A stretch of DNA of 64,000 bases from assembly GCF_001194135.2 (NCBI RefSeq), contig NC_068985.1:2332320-2396319 (forward strand). Direction: 5' to 3'. Positions within the stretch are counted from its first letter, which is position 1, and every line of letters begins with the position of its first letter. Positions 38,511 to 49,729 of this stretch are shown here, piece by piece. Below the pieces are notes generated by a model. The model worked only from the letters and a program-made list of their open reading frames with translations. It ran no database searches and was not told the origin of the DNA. This DNA comes from Octopus bimaculoides. Taxonomy: Eukaryota. A program made the position numbers and the translations under genes.

Positions 38511-39829
38511 AAATTACCTTTATTCCATTAGTACCTTTATTTATTTGCTGAATTAGAAGTTTCAACAACTCAGTTTATTGTAAGTCAATTATCCATTTTG
38601 GAATTGATACAAATATTGGTGCAGTTGATGTTGAGCGTGCTTAGAACCAAAGCGTTCCTGTCGCAGTGAGTATTACTTGATTTGAGATATTTTCGGCTAT
38701 TTTCCCTCGCAGATAAAGTGACCGTGAGTTTGATTCGAGTTGTTATTGCCGTTACTTGTGTAGTTCTAAGTCCTGGAGGCATTGAGAAAACTGTCAGTTT
38801 TACTCATATCTTTGTTCGTCTGTCAATGAAGCCATTTTTCTGAAGTAAGCTGGATAGTTTTGGAACTGTCCAGTGAATCAGTCAAGCAATATTTACATAT
38901 AATCAATCACTCAATGTTATAGAAAAAAACAATAAGCCAACAAACAAAAACAACTAAGTATTATCAAATGATTAATGAAATTTTAAACAACGCAGTATCA
39001 TAATTAAATTCTGTACGACCATCTTTTCAGATAATTAGCTTGCTTCAAACAACACCTACATAAAATCTAAGAAGACATTTCATTTTTCTTGTTGATTTAT
39101 TTCAATATTTATAATTACTCCTTCAAAAAATAGTTAATATATTTTGAAATTCTTTCCTTTTTCGTTGACTATTCCCAGAATTATGAATATCTTATTTTAA
39201 TATTTTGTCTGTTTGAGGCAATTACTAAACTGAGTTTAGTTGCAATAATATTGAACAACAGAGATCGAAATGTTATCAGGGTGATCAGGTATGTTGTTAG
39301 TTATATTCGTTTTTATATAGCCTTATGGGAAGAGATATCACGTGTCGTCCATAGTACAATGGGAATTAGATTATAAGCTTATTTTTAAGTATTAAATGCC
39401 TAATTGCCTGTGATAAGTCATTGTTAATAAGATAATTTCTTTTCAGGTTGATTCAATATTTACTTCTAAACAAACATTTCAACTGGTTTTATGCCTGACC
39501 GACATTGTGTTATTTATGCGAATGAAGGTAGTAGATGACTTGGCCGAGTGAATACGTTTTCTTTCTTTTATTATTTTTATTTTCATTTGGAAATAAAAGT
39601 CCTCCGTTCAAATCCAGTCTTTGTATTCAGCCAAAATTGAAACACTATAAAACGATCGAAGATCAAATTTATTGAAGCGTAGTAAAATATTGTTCTTCTC
39701 TAAAACTGATGAAGTGAAATGTCTAAAAACTAATAGTAGGCAAAAGGCTGGGGAATTATTGTAGCCGAAATCGACAGTGCATCGCCATGTTTTACAATGA
39801 CTGAGATTTGCCTCGCAGAAAAAAATTCT

Positions 39830-40330
39830 CATTTATAATTCTGTCTTACCAGGTGACTTTGAAGATCTTCCATAGACATCGTTGGTCGAAAGTGTCCAGC
39901 TTTTATGCCATTTGCGTTGACATTTTTCATGTTTCACTGCTTTACGGAACATTTCAAGCTGAACTATTTCTATTATGTCGATAGTGATGTTTGTTGGTGA
40001 CCAGATATAGCGCATACGTTGCGATATGGTTCCTGCTTTGCCAATTCTACTGTTCCTATCATGTTCCGACTTCCTGCACAATTGATCGTATCATCCAGCT
40101 ATGAGAAATTGTCCTCAATTTACTGTCCAAAGATAATGGTAGGTTGTGTTACGACATCAATCGGCATCACCAGCTCGGGGCGATCCGGCACACCTCATGC
40201 ATTTGTCCCTCTCGTTATATTTATGAGAGACAAATCCTTTACTTGATGTCTACCAGACAGTTTAGCTTCTCTTGTAGACATCTTCCTTAATTCCACACGC
40301 CACTTCCATTCTTTCTAGAACTATGTCTCA
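39830..40330 (-). mobile_element. Old RTE-like RT fragment
   Basis: SRIGKAGTISQRMRYIWSPTNIT fits the RIGKA...F..L..IW motif. Confidence 0.6.
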
Positions 40331-40533
40331 GCTTTCCTGGCTCTCCTTACTCAACCACTCCAGCTGCACTCACATTCCACCAACACGAAACCTTGCCCCA
40401 TCCACAAGTTTGGTCGGTGGCTCACTACGGGCTGTGTCGTCAGAGACAACCGTTATAAGTCTGTGACTCTACCTCTGTGGCAAACGCACCGCTTCATGAT
40501 AATGCTGCAAGTTGATTTATAGATAGATGAATA

Positions 40534-40585
<52 letters not shown>

Positions 40586-40910
40586 ACGCGCACGCGCACG
40601 CGCACTTAGAAAGTAAATGGCTGAGCGAATATGAAAGAACAATGATAGAACAAAACTAAGGATAAATGAGAACAACAAAGAGGAAAAAGAATACAAAAGA
40701 AAACAGAAAAGCAAAAAGGGGCCGAAAATACTTTTATCTTTGCATTTCATGCTATATTTTACAATGCAAAGAAAATAAAACAACAAAAACAGAATATTAA
40801 TTTTTATCCTTTATTTTTACAAAAAAAAAAGGCAGAAATATTGTAAGATAAAACAAACAAACAACTGGAAAACAAAGATAGAAAAATGTGAAAATATATT
40901 CTATACATAA

Positions 40911-41125
40911 AAGGCGGTGGACTGACAGAATCGGTAAAGTGGCAGATAAAATGCCTTGTGGTATTTAATTATGTCCCTTTACGCTGTGAGTCCAAATCCC
41001 ACCAGAGTTGACTTTACTTTTCATCCTACCGAAGATCGATAAAAAGCACAAGCCAAGTACTGGCGTCGATTAAATCGATTATGCCCTCCTCCCGACCACC
41101 ACCATTTCACTACATTTCAGGCTTT
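40911..41125 (+). mobile_element. SINE family A, diverged
   Basis: aaggcggtggactgacagaa head, ctgtgagtccaaatcc, actttacttttcatcct. Confidence 0.7.
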
Positions 41126-41139
41126 GTGACGATGCTATA

Positions 41140-41290
41140 TATATTATCATTACATACACACACACATACATGCATACACACGCACATACATACACACACA
41201 CATATATACATGCATGCATACATAGACACATACACACATGCGGATATATGGATTTGTGTGTGTGTGTATCTATATGTATACCTATGTATG

Positions 41291-41358
<68 letters not shown>

Positions 41359-41560
41359 TATACCTATCTATCTAAAGATAATATATATACATGCATGTAA
41401 GTATGTATGTATGTATGTATGTATGTACGTACGTATGTATGTATGTACGTATGTATGCATGTATGTATGTATGTATTTATGTTTGTATGTACGCATGTAT
41501 GCATGTATGCATGTATGTATGTATGTATGTATGTATGTATGTACGTATGTATGTATATAA
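41140..41560. repeat. Compound (CA)/(TA)/(ATGT) microsatellite
   Basis: Directly visible. Confidence 0.95.
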
Positions 41561-41944
41561 TGGTAGAATCGATAGATCGATGGATTACATTGTAAATGAT
41601 ATTTAACTACATCTCTATACTTTCTGAATTAGATATTGTTTTCCACCGTTTGACGGTCGATAAAACAGGGACCAGTCAGATCGATATATCGACTCTTGAG
41701 AATAGTGCTCCAGTTAAGTCAGAGTCCAATAATTGAAACCAGTAAAGCACTAAACAAGGACTGTACCAATGGGAACGATCACAGAACGGGTTCTATCCAA
41801 GACGGACATCTCAAAGAACACCTGGCTCTGGCTGACCTGCCTTGAGTGTAATTTGGTGTTCACTCAGTGAGAGAATTTTTTTAAAAAAACCTCTTGTGTT
41901 GATGTAACCTGCTCTTAAAAACGAATTCTCAGTGAAACAAAATA

Positions 41945-42155
41945 GTCATTCAGATTTCTGTCAAATCCTTATTTATTCAAATTGTTTTGAATTAATAAGG
42001 CATTATCTTGTAGCTTTGAGATTTTAATGATGTGATTGCTTACTTTTTTAGAATTACATAGTAGAGTAGGTGTGATAGGCCAGATCTGGTCAATTTGAAC
42101 TTAAAACAGGGAGAATGTTTTGGCTGAATACGGATGATTTAAGAGCTAACGGATT
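41945..42155. mobile_element. Probable piggyBac-type MITE
   Basis: cattcagatt...tgtcaaat to ...ctaacggaTTAA; TTAA-bounded pattern recognised from memory of common cephalopod MITEs. Confidence 0.5.
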
Positions 42156-43063
42156 AAAGGTCAGAAGGAAGTAACAGTTTCAAGAACAGTAATTTATGCT
42201 AAACCGAAAAGTACCACATAATCAACCATTTTCCACTGATGAGGGACAAAATAGAGAAAAATCAATTGATATTTATTTTCAGAAAAAATAACTGAAATGG
42301 TCGCTTTTTAAGACATTGGAAAATTCACTGGTGACGTCACACGTCATATGACCATCGACCATCCTACCTGTAGATCTCGTATCCAGTGAGGGAGGTCGTT
42401 GAAAAGCGAAACAAAAATAAACCCATAACAACAGTTCCTGACCACTCAAATACATTCACTCCGATGTTGCCTTGATATGGTGAGGATAGATCTGATTATT
42501 GGTGACGCAGGGCCGAACGCAGAGGGGGACAATACAATGAAGAATCTTTCTTTTCGAAAATGATCAAAAGGGATTGAAAGCGTTTTGGGGCAGGTACAAA
42601 AGGAAATAACGAGGACAGTAATTAGAACTAATTAGCAGAGAGTAAGTGTAAACGTTCTGCTTATTGCTGTCGTATTCTCCATTTCTTACGTTGTCATAAC
42701 GACGCCAACTTTGGTTTTTATCCTGTCTGCCATTGCGACCCAGTTTACCAACATAAATTTAGTTTCGGCCAGAAAACGAAATACAAACTAGCTTTCATCG
42801 TTGAATACTTATAGCTATTCCTTAATTTACTTTACGGTGAAGTCTGACAGCCATTTCTAAGGAAGGGGACATTAGATGTACACTTTCTCCTTTAGGGTTC
42901 AAATATTATACAATAAAATCGTTGTATTCCTTCAATATACGTTGAAGTAAATAATGTATACATATATATACACACATACGACATTTCTACATACATAATA
43001 CATACATACATACATACACACACACACATGCATACATACATACATAGACATACATACATATAT

Positions 43064-43096
<33 letters not shown>

Positions 43097-43366
43097 TACA
43101 TACATATATTCATACATACATACACACACATACATACATACACACACACACACACATACATACATACATACATACATACATACATACATACATACATACA
43201 TACATACGTGCTTACGTACGTACACAATGTTGTTTTACTTGTCGGCCTTGTCTCCAACTACTTCCTTCCTTCCTTCCGGTCAATTCAACATATGCAACCG
43301 TTAATCCAGACACGCTTCTTTCCCTTTATTTGTTCTCTCCTTTTTCATCTGTTTTCTCTCCCCGTT

Positions 43367-43404
43367 TCTTTCTGTAGAAGAGCGTAGGCCCGAAGCGTCA
43401 AAGA
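43367..43404 (+). ncRNA. Variant-core minimal hammerhead motif, family of 19343
   Basis: TCTTT-CTGTAGA-A-GAGC(GTAG)GCCC-GAAG-CG-TC^AAAGA; 5-bp helix I and GUC triplet intact. Confidence 0.5.
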
Positions 43405-43608
43405 TTCTTCCATTTTTCCCGAGCGTCAAAGTAATACACTTTGCTGCTCCCTTATCTGTCTCTGTCTTTTGTTTTGATTTTTGTTGTTGTTTTTCGTGCA
43501 ATTTTGAGCACATACACACTCACACATCCACATAGGCATGTGTGGGTGTGGGGAGAGGTATGTCCAGGTATATATATTATGCATACATGTATGAATGTAT
43601 ATTTACAA

Positions 43609-43656
<48 letters not shown>

Positions 43657-44334
43657 TAATTGAAGAGAACAGTAATCTATATTCATTGCAGCTGACCTTA
43701 CCAACCGGTTGTGCCTTGGTCTTCAACGGAGGGCTAGGTAACAGCCCGATCATGCAATCCTTCGTTCTTCAGAGGTAACCATTATGGAATGAAATGTGGC
43801 GACTGCTCTCTATTGCTGGAGGTGAATAGACACAACAGCTACCTCTGAAGAGTGCAGGGTTATGTAATCGGGTTGTTACCTAACACTCCATTGAACCCTA
43901 ATGCGAAACCAATTAGTAAGATCAGCCGTAATGCATATATAATACTGTACAATTCGATTAATATATCTACTTCACGAGTGTATGTTTTCCTCACTTATGG
44001 AGTCTTGGACGGTTTACACACACACACATACACACACTCACACGCACACACACACACGCAAGCACACAGATGTATATGTATACATATATTTTTTATACGT
44101 AATTAGTATAATGTCATTATTTAATGATTTATCAGTGGCCAGCATACTAAAAATACCATAATGGTTAATTCATATCAAAATTAAAATAAGGGTGTTGAAT
44201 GATAACAACGCCAGTCTGCTAGAAATAGACCCCAAATTTTAAATATATAAATACATAAATATATAAAACTATAACATATATGTATTTATTTATTTATTAC
44301 TGGTGAAGGCCAGTGTATGTGCGTGTATATATAT

Positions 44335-44562
44335 TTCTTTTTTGCCCACAAGGGGCTAAACATAGAAAGGACAAACAAGGACAGACAAAGGGATTAAGTC
44401 GATTACATCGAACCCAGTGCGTAACTGGTACTTATTTAATCGACCCCGAAAGGATGGAAGGGGAAGTTGACCTCGGCAGAATTTGAACTCAGAACGTAAC
44501 GGCAGACGAAATGCCGCGAGGCATTTCGCCCGGCGTGCTAACGATTCTGCCAGCTCGCCGCC
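44335..44562 (-). mobile_element. tRNA-derived SINE family A, full length
   Basis: Minus strand ggcggcgagctggcagaa (A-box), gagttcaaattc (B-box), A-rich tail. Confidence 0.9.
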
Positions 44563-44612
44563 CTATGCGTGTATATACACGCACGCACACACACACGTGT
44601 ATATATATATAT

Positions 44613-44890
44613 CACCCAGATCTCGCCCCTTCTGACCATCATCATATCTTTGGACCGCTCAAAGGTTTACGAGGTTGTCAATGTCCTACAGATAAAGATG
44701 TGAAGGAAGCGGTGCATAAATGGTTGCACGACCAACCGAAAACCTTCTTCTTGGAGGCTTGTGGACCGCTGGACCAAGTGCATCAAAGAGGAAGGAGACT
44801 ATATAGAAAGACAGCATACTTGATTATCCCCGGCTTTTGTGTAAATTCATTGCAAAAACAAGAATGCGTATAATTTTTGACTCTCACTCG
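44613..44890 (+). mobile_element. Mariner 3' fragment with TIR
   Basis: HPDLAPSDHHHIFGPLKGLRG...DVKEAVHKWLHDQPKTFF; ends tttttgactctcactcg-TA. Confidence 0.9.
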
Positions 44891-45034
44891 TAGCTTTTCG
44901 TCACTTGAGGTCTTTTGCCAAGAATGACCTTAAAAACATTAACCTTAACCTAGGGACAAACACTGATGAAAAAAGAAATTATTGACCAGAAGAGACAAAA
45001 GTTGCTAACCGACTAAAGACATGCGAGTAATCTT

Positions 45035-45362
45035 GGTGAAGGTTCGAGGCTTACTGTTTACGGTATTCAGCACACAATTGCAAGGTCGTGAGTTGGATTC
45101 CTAGCAGTGCGTTGTGTCCTTGAGCAAGACACTTTACTTCATGTTGTTCCACTTCACTCAGCAGGCAAAAATGAGTTGTATCTGCATTTCAAAGGGGCCA
45201 TTCTTATCACATTCTGTGTCCTGTTGATTCTCCCTGAGTACTATGTTAAGAGTATGCGTATCTGTGGAGTGCTCAGCCACTTGCACATTCATTTCACAAG
45301 CAGGTTGTTCCGGTGATCTGATCAACTGGAGCCCTCATCGTCGTAACCGACGGAGGGCCAGT
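45035..45362 (+). mobile_element. SINE family C, full length
   Basis: Head, gtccttgagcaagacac and body to gtaaccgacggag. Confidence 0.85.
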
Positions 45363-46288
45363 TTGTGAGTAATTTCAGTCACTTGGCATTGAAACAACGG
45401 ACCTTGTTTGCAATGTTATCGTTCTGTTGCGATGTGATTTGGTTGGAATGGTGTGGAGCTGCTAAACGAAGATATATTTCGTTGACTGTGAATAATAACT
45501 GAAGCACACTTGCGAACATTTAACTGAAATATTTATTGCCGAACATAAAGATATTTGGTGTTGGCTCTTCACAATGTGCAACACTAATAATTGTTGAATG
45601 GGTGAGAGAGAGAGAGAAACCGCGTTGCATCTGTGGAAGTTACTTACGAGACATTGTGTGAATGTTCAGAATGGATCTGTCTGAGAACCTGGGGTTGTCT
45701 GCACAAATGTCTAAAACTGTTCGTATGGCAAGAGAAGAGGGGCACCAAATAGTCAACCACTTTCAACATTCTGCAATTAATTGAGCACCTAAAACGGTTT
45801 TTATCGGAGACAATAGAACATTCGAGAAGACTATATTACGCCACAGCCTCATGCTGATTGGTTAATTAATAAACCGATCACGTGAACCAATGTTGGTTTG
45901 TTTTTTGTTTTTTTTTTTCGTAGTGTCTGGCCGGTTATCCAGTAGTTAGGTTTCGAATCATTGTTATAGTCCTATTCTAGCATACAGGAAATTTGTTTTT
46001 AGCCCATGAAGCTTATGTGGAGTTAGAAGAAAACCTACAGAATGAATGGCAGATTTTACAGAAAGAAATAAAGCCCGAGTGAATTCAAATACCTCGTCTA
46101 CACTAACACAACACTCCTAAAGACGTGTGTGTATGTACGCTCGTTTTTTATAACAACTTATCGCCCTCTATTAAACTACAAGTAACCTTATGCTTTATAC
46201 AACATATGTCCCTTCTCGTCCTCTCCTTCTCTAACCTCACTGTGTCTCAGTTCTCAAATCTCACGGATGCTGGAAAAAGCCCGTCGTA

Positions 46289-47070
46289 TAGGGCTTTCCT
46301 ATAAGTAGGTTATCTCCCTTGGCTAGGCGGCGCTCCATGTAGATAATTAAACTTCCGGAGGCTAACCCACGCCATTGTTATTGTTTTACGTCTTATCATG
46401 GATATAAAGCAGCTTGATGATTCAGCTATCGAAGTACTTACTGTGCCTGAGTTAAAGAAATATTTATTATATGGACAGTATGTTACTGGAAGAAAGGCGG
46501 ACTTGACTGAAAGGTTGAAAGGAATAAAAATTTTGTCGATGAAGAATGTCAACAAAGTAAATTCATCGGACGATAAGTCTGAAGTATGGGACGATACTTC
46601 AGACAGGAATAAGCAGAAGCTTATATCNNNNNNNNNNNNNNNNNNNNNNNNNNNNNNNNNNNNNNNNNNNNNNNNNNNNNNNNNNNNNNNNNNNNNNNNN
46701 NNNNNNNNNNNNNNNNNNNNNNNNNNNNNNNNNNNNNNNNNNNNNNNNNNNNNNNNNNNNNNNNNNNNNNNNNNNNNNNNNNNNNNNNNNNNNNNNNNNN
46801 NNNNNNNNNNNNNNNNNNNNNNNNNNNNNNNNNNNNNNNNNNNNNNNNNNNNNNNNNNNNNNNNNNNNNNNNNNNNNNNNNNNNNNNNNNNNNNNNNNNN
46901 NNNACCCCCCCAAAAAAATCCTGACCACAGAGTGTGGGTAATTATGTCAAATGTCACTGGCAATGTGCATTCAGCTGATTGCAACTGTTAAAGCAAGTCA
47001 CTGAGCATGCGTACATGTCATACGGGAGAGTTCCAATCAGGGGTGGATAACACCTTATAGGAAAGCCCTA
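46289..47070 (+). mobile_element. Short TIR DNA element with SAP plus truncated SWIM-like ORF (46398-46991, gap N 46628-46903)
   Basis: TIR tagggctttcctataag / cttataggaaagcccta; LTVPELKKYL..G..VTGRKADLTERL (SAP); HRVWVIMS..TGNVHSADCNC*. Confidence 0.75.
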
Positions 47071-47524
47071 TATGTATACACGCGTGTGTGCGCGAGTGCG
47101 TGTTCGTGTGAATATTTAGAAAGCTACGCAGAGCAACGCGTATGGATGAAGTAACTTTTTGCAACCCACCTATGGATAGTGATATTATTAATTTGGTTAG
47201 GCTGCAACCGGTAAAGTTTGTCGATGTTTCCTGTCAACTAAATCGACCATATACTTCCGTACTTTTGAATTTGTTTGAAATAAAAAATTCCTTACATAAA
47301 AGAGATAAGCGTTGAGACAGGAAAAGAATCTGGCCATAAAAATCCCAGCCCATGAATTTACTCTCGTCGAAGTCGTTAAACAAAACAAACGAAGGAAAAG
47401 TGTATATGCTTGCTTTCCAGCTCGTAGAGAATCATCGAATGCAAACATGTCTTGGCAAAAACTTTCAGCCCTTGGTTTAGTAAATAATCATTGCTCATTA
47501 TCATCAAAATATTGATTTCAAATT

Positions 47525-47700
47525 TAGAAGGGGCTAAGTCGATTACATCGACCCCAGTGTTCAACAGATACCTATTTTATTGACTCCCGAAAGGATGAAA
47601 ATCGAAATCTACCCCGGCAGAATTTGAACTCAGAACATAAGGACAGACGAAAGGCCGCTAAGAATTTTACCCGGCATGCAAAAGATTCTGCCATCTTACT
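47525..47700 (-). mobile_element. SINE family A partial
   Basis: aagtcgattacatcgacccc...ccgaaaggatgaaa...aatttgaactcagaac. Confidence 0.85.
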
Positions 47701-48372
47701 ACGCTGAGCTGTTTTTGTGAGCCATTTGTACACCTCGACTGGATAACACTACGTAATCCTTGCATATACCCGACGTTGTTTCAATATAGATGCAATGTCT
47801 TTGGTTACCTCAAGAAATATGAAGCATAAACGACAACAAATATGCAAATAGTATCTTCACCAAAGGGGTGGGGAATAGAAGACGAAAAATGTTATAAAAA
47901 CAAACATAGGAACAGAATATGTTTACTATGAAGAATATTTAATATTTGTTGGGGTTATTTTGCTGCACACTGAAGGATACACCGCCATCAAAACAATCCT
48001 TGTAACATTTAAAACATCAGGCAGAATGACGACAGTTACACTGCTTATGTAATGCTTTTTGTGTTCTGTGTTTTGCTTCAAAGAAGACTACAGTTTAAAT
48101 ATTCTTCGCATCAAATCTTCTCAGTCTAGCGTTCTAGACAAACATTCAAAATCGTTTTCTGTGCTGGTGATTCAATTAGAAGAACAATATAAGGTAAGAA
48201 AATTTATTATTTCCTTCCTCAAGAAATTATATTGTGGTTCAACCTTCTTGAAACAATATCTTTAATATCATTTCCCTGTTGGAAAAAAACTGCTGCCGAT
48301 AGGATAGCATCTATATCATTGACTAATCCATTAAAAATAATACACGTGTCATTGTTAATATACATCGTTTGT

Positions 48373-48570
48373 GAAGGCGATGAACAGGCAGAATCACGGG
48401 GAAAATACTTTTGTGGCGCTGCGTCCGTATTTACGTCCTGAGTTCAAATTCCGTCAAAGTTGATTTGTCTTTCATTCTTTCGGGGTTGATAAAATAAGTA
48501 CCGATTAATTACTAGTAATCGACTTGGCCTCTTCCTCGAAATTACTGGTGTTGTGCCTAAATTTGAAACT
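48373..48570 (+). mobile_element. SINE family A, diverged
   Basis: ctgagttcaaattcc, tttcggggttgataaaataagtacc. Confidence 0.75.
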
Positions 48571-49729
48571 AATATACATCCTTTCTCAAAAAAAAGGAAG
48601 GTAACATTGTATGATGTAATCTTAGATACTCAATGAGATGTTGAATGCTAGTCTGACTTTGACCGTTGGTCTCCTCGTAATAGGACAAGCAAAACATTTG
48701 GTTTTATATTTTACAATACATTAAAACGAATAGGAAGTGTTAAAATGTTCTGCTTGTATGTAGTTTGGTCACGTCTTTAACTGACTAATTTTGATCATTC
48801 TATGAATTTATAACATGACAGGAATGTAACTGAATATCATTTGTTAAAAGATTGTTTTTAATTAATGACTTTGAAAAATCCTGAACTAACATCTTCAAAG
48901 AAGCCATCATTTTTGTTCAAACTTATCTTCTTTCAGTCAACCAATTCTATTGAATCTACAGGGCCAGACACAAAAGTTATGTTTTATTGTCTTTTGCAAT
49001 TCTTAATGAAGTTAGATCTTTTAGACTTTATCATCATTAAGAATTGTTTGGAAATTTCTTAACAAACACATCTGACAATCTTGCTGCTTCACTTCTTTTG
49101 TTGATAACCTCACCACAATATACTCTGTGACCTGAAAAAAAGGACTTATTTTAGTTTCATTGCTTTTGTAGCGGTGGTTCGAAACCGAACTGCTAGTTAG
49201 CCAGTCAGACATCACGACCAAATCACAATAGTTTCATTAAGCCACAAATCAGTATCAAGCCATCATGCGATTCGATTTCCTAGAACATTTTCCTTGTGCC
49301 CTATAAAAAAACACTTTTGGCAGAGCATTGAGACCAGCCGACTCATTCACACGTCTCACCTTTTGCCTGGCAGCATGTGGATAAAGTAATTGATCTACGA
49401 GTAAAACGGTTATAAAATAGCTACACTTTGGGTTACTCCATTGTTTACTTGCAGAATGAAGCTGATCAAGAATGGCCATAACTGTCCTGTCTTTTTATGG
49501 AGGAGTCGTGTATCTAGAACTATGTCATCTACATTAACTTGCGTGTGCTTTCCTTTTAAAAGACAGTGGAATGTGATTTGAAAAGGATTTTAATGCTGTT
49601 TCCCTTTTGGTGGGGTTATAATGTCTAACAAGAATAAGCATTTAATTATAGCAGTGAGGATATGCATGCATGTATGGATGGATGTGTGTGTGTGTATTTA
49701 TGTAATGTAAAGTAAAATCCGGGCTGCAG

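Noticed and set aside
848-43659. Many ORFs of poly-CV, HT, YI, MYVC, poly-I/M/H/S
   Set aside because: Translations of microsatellites; no coding signal.
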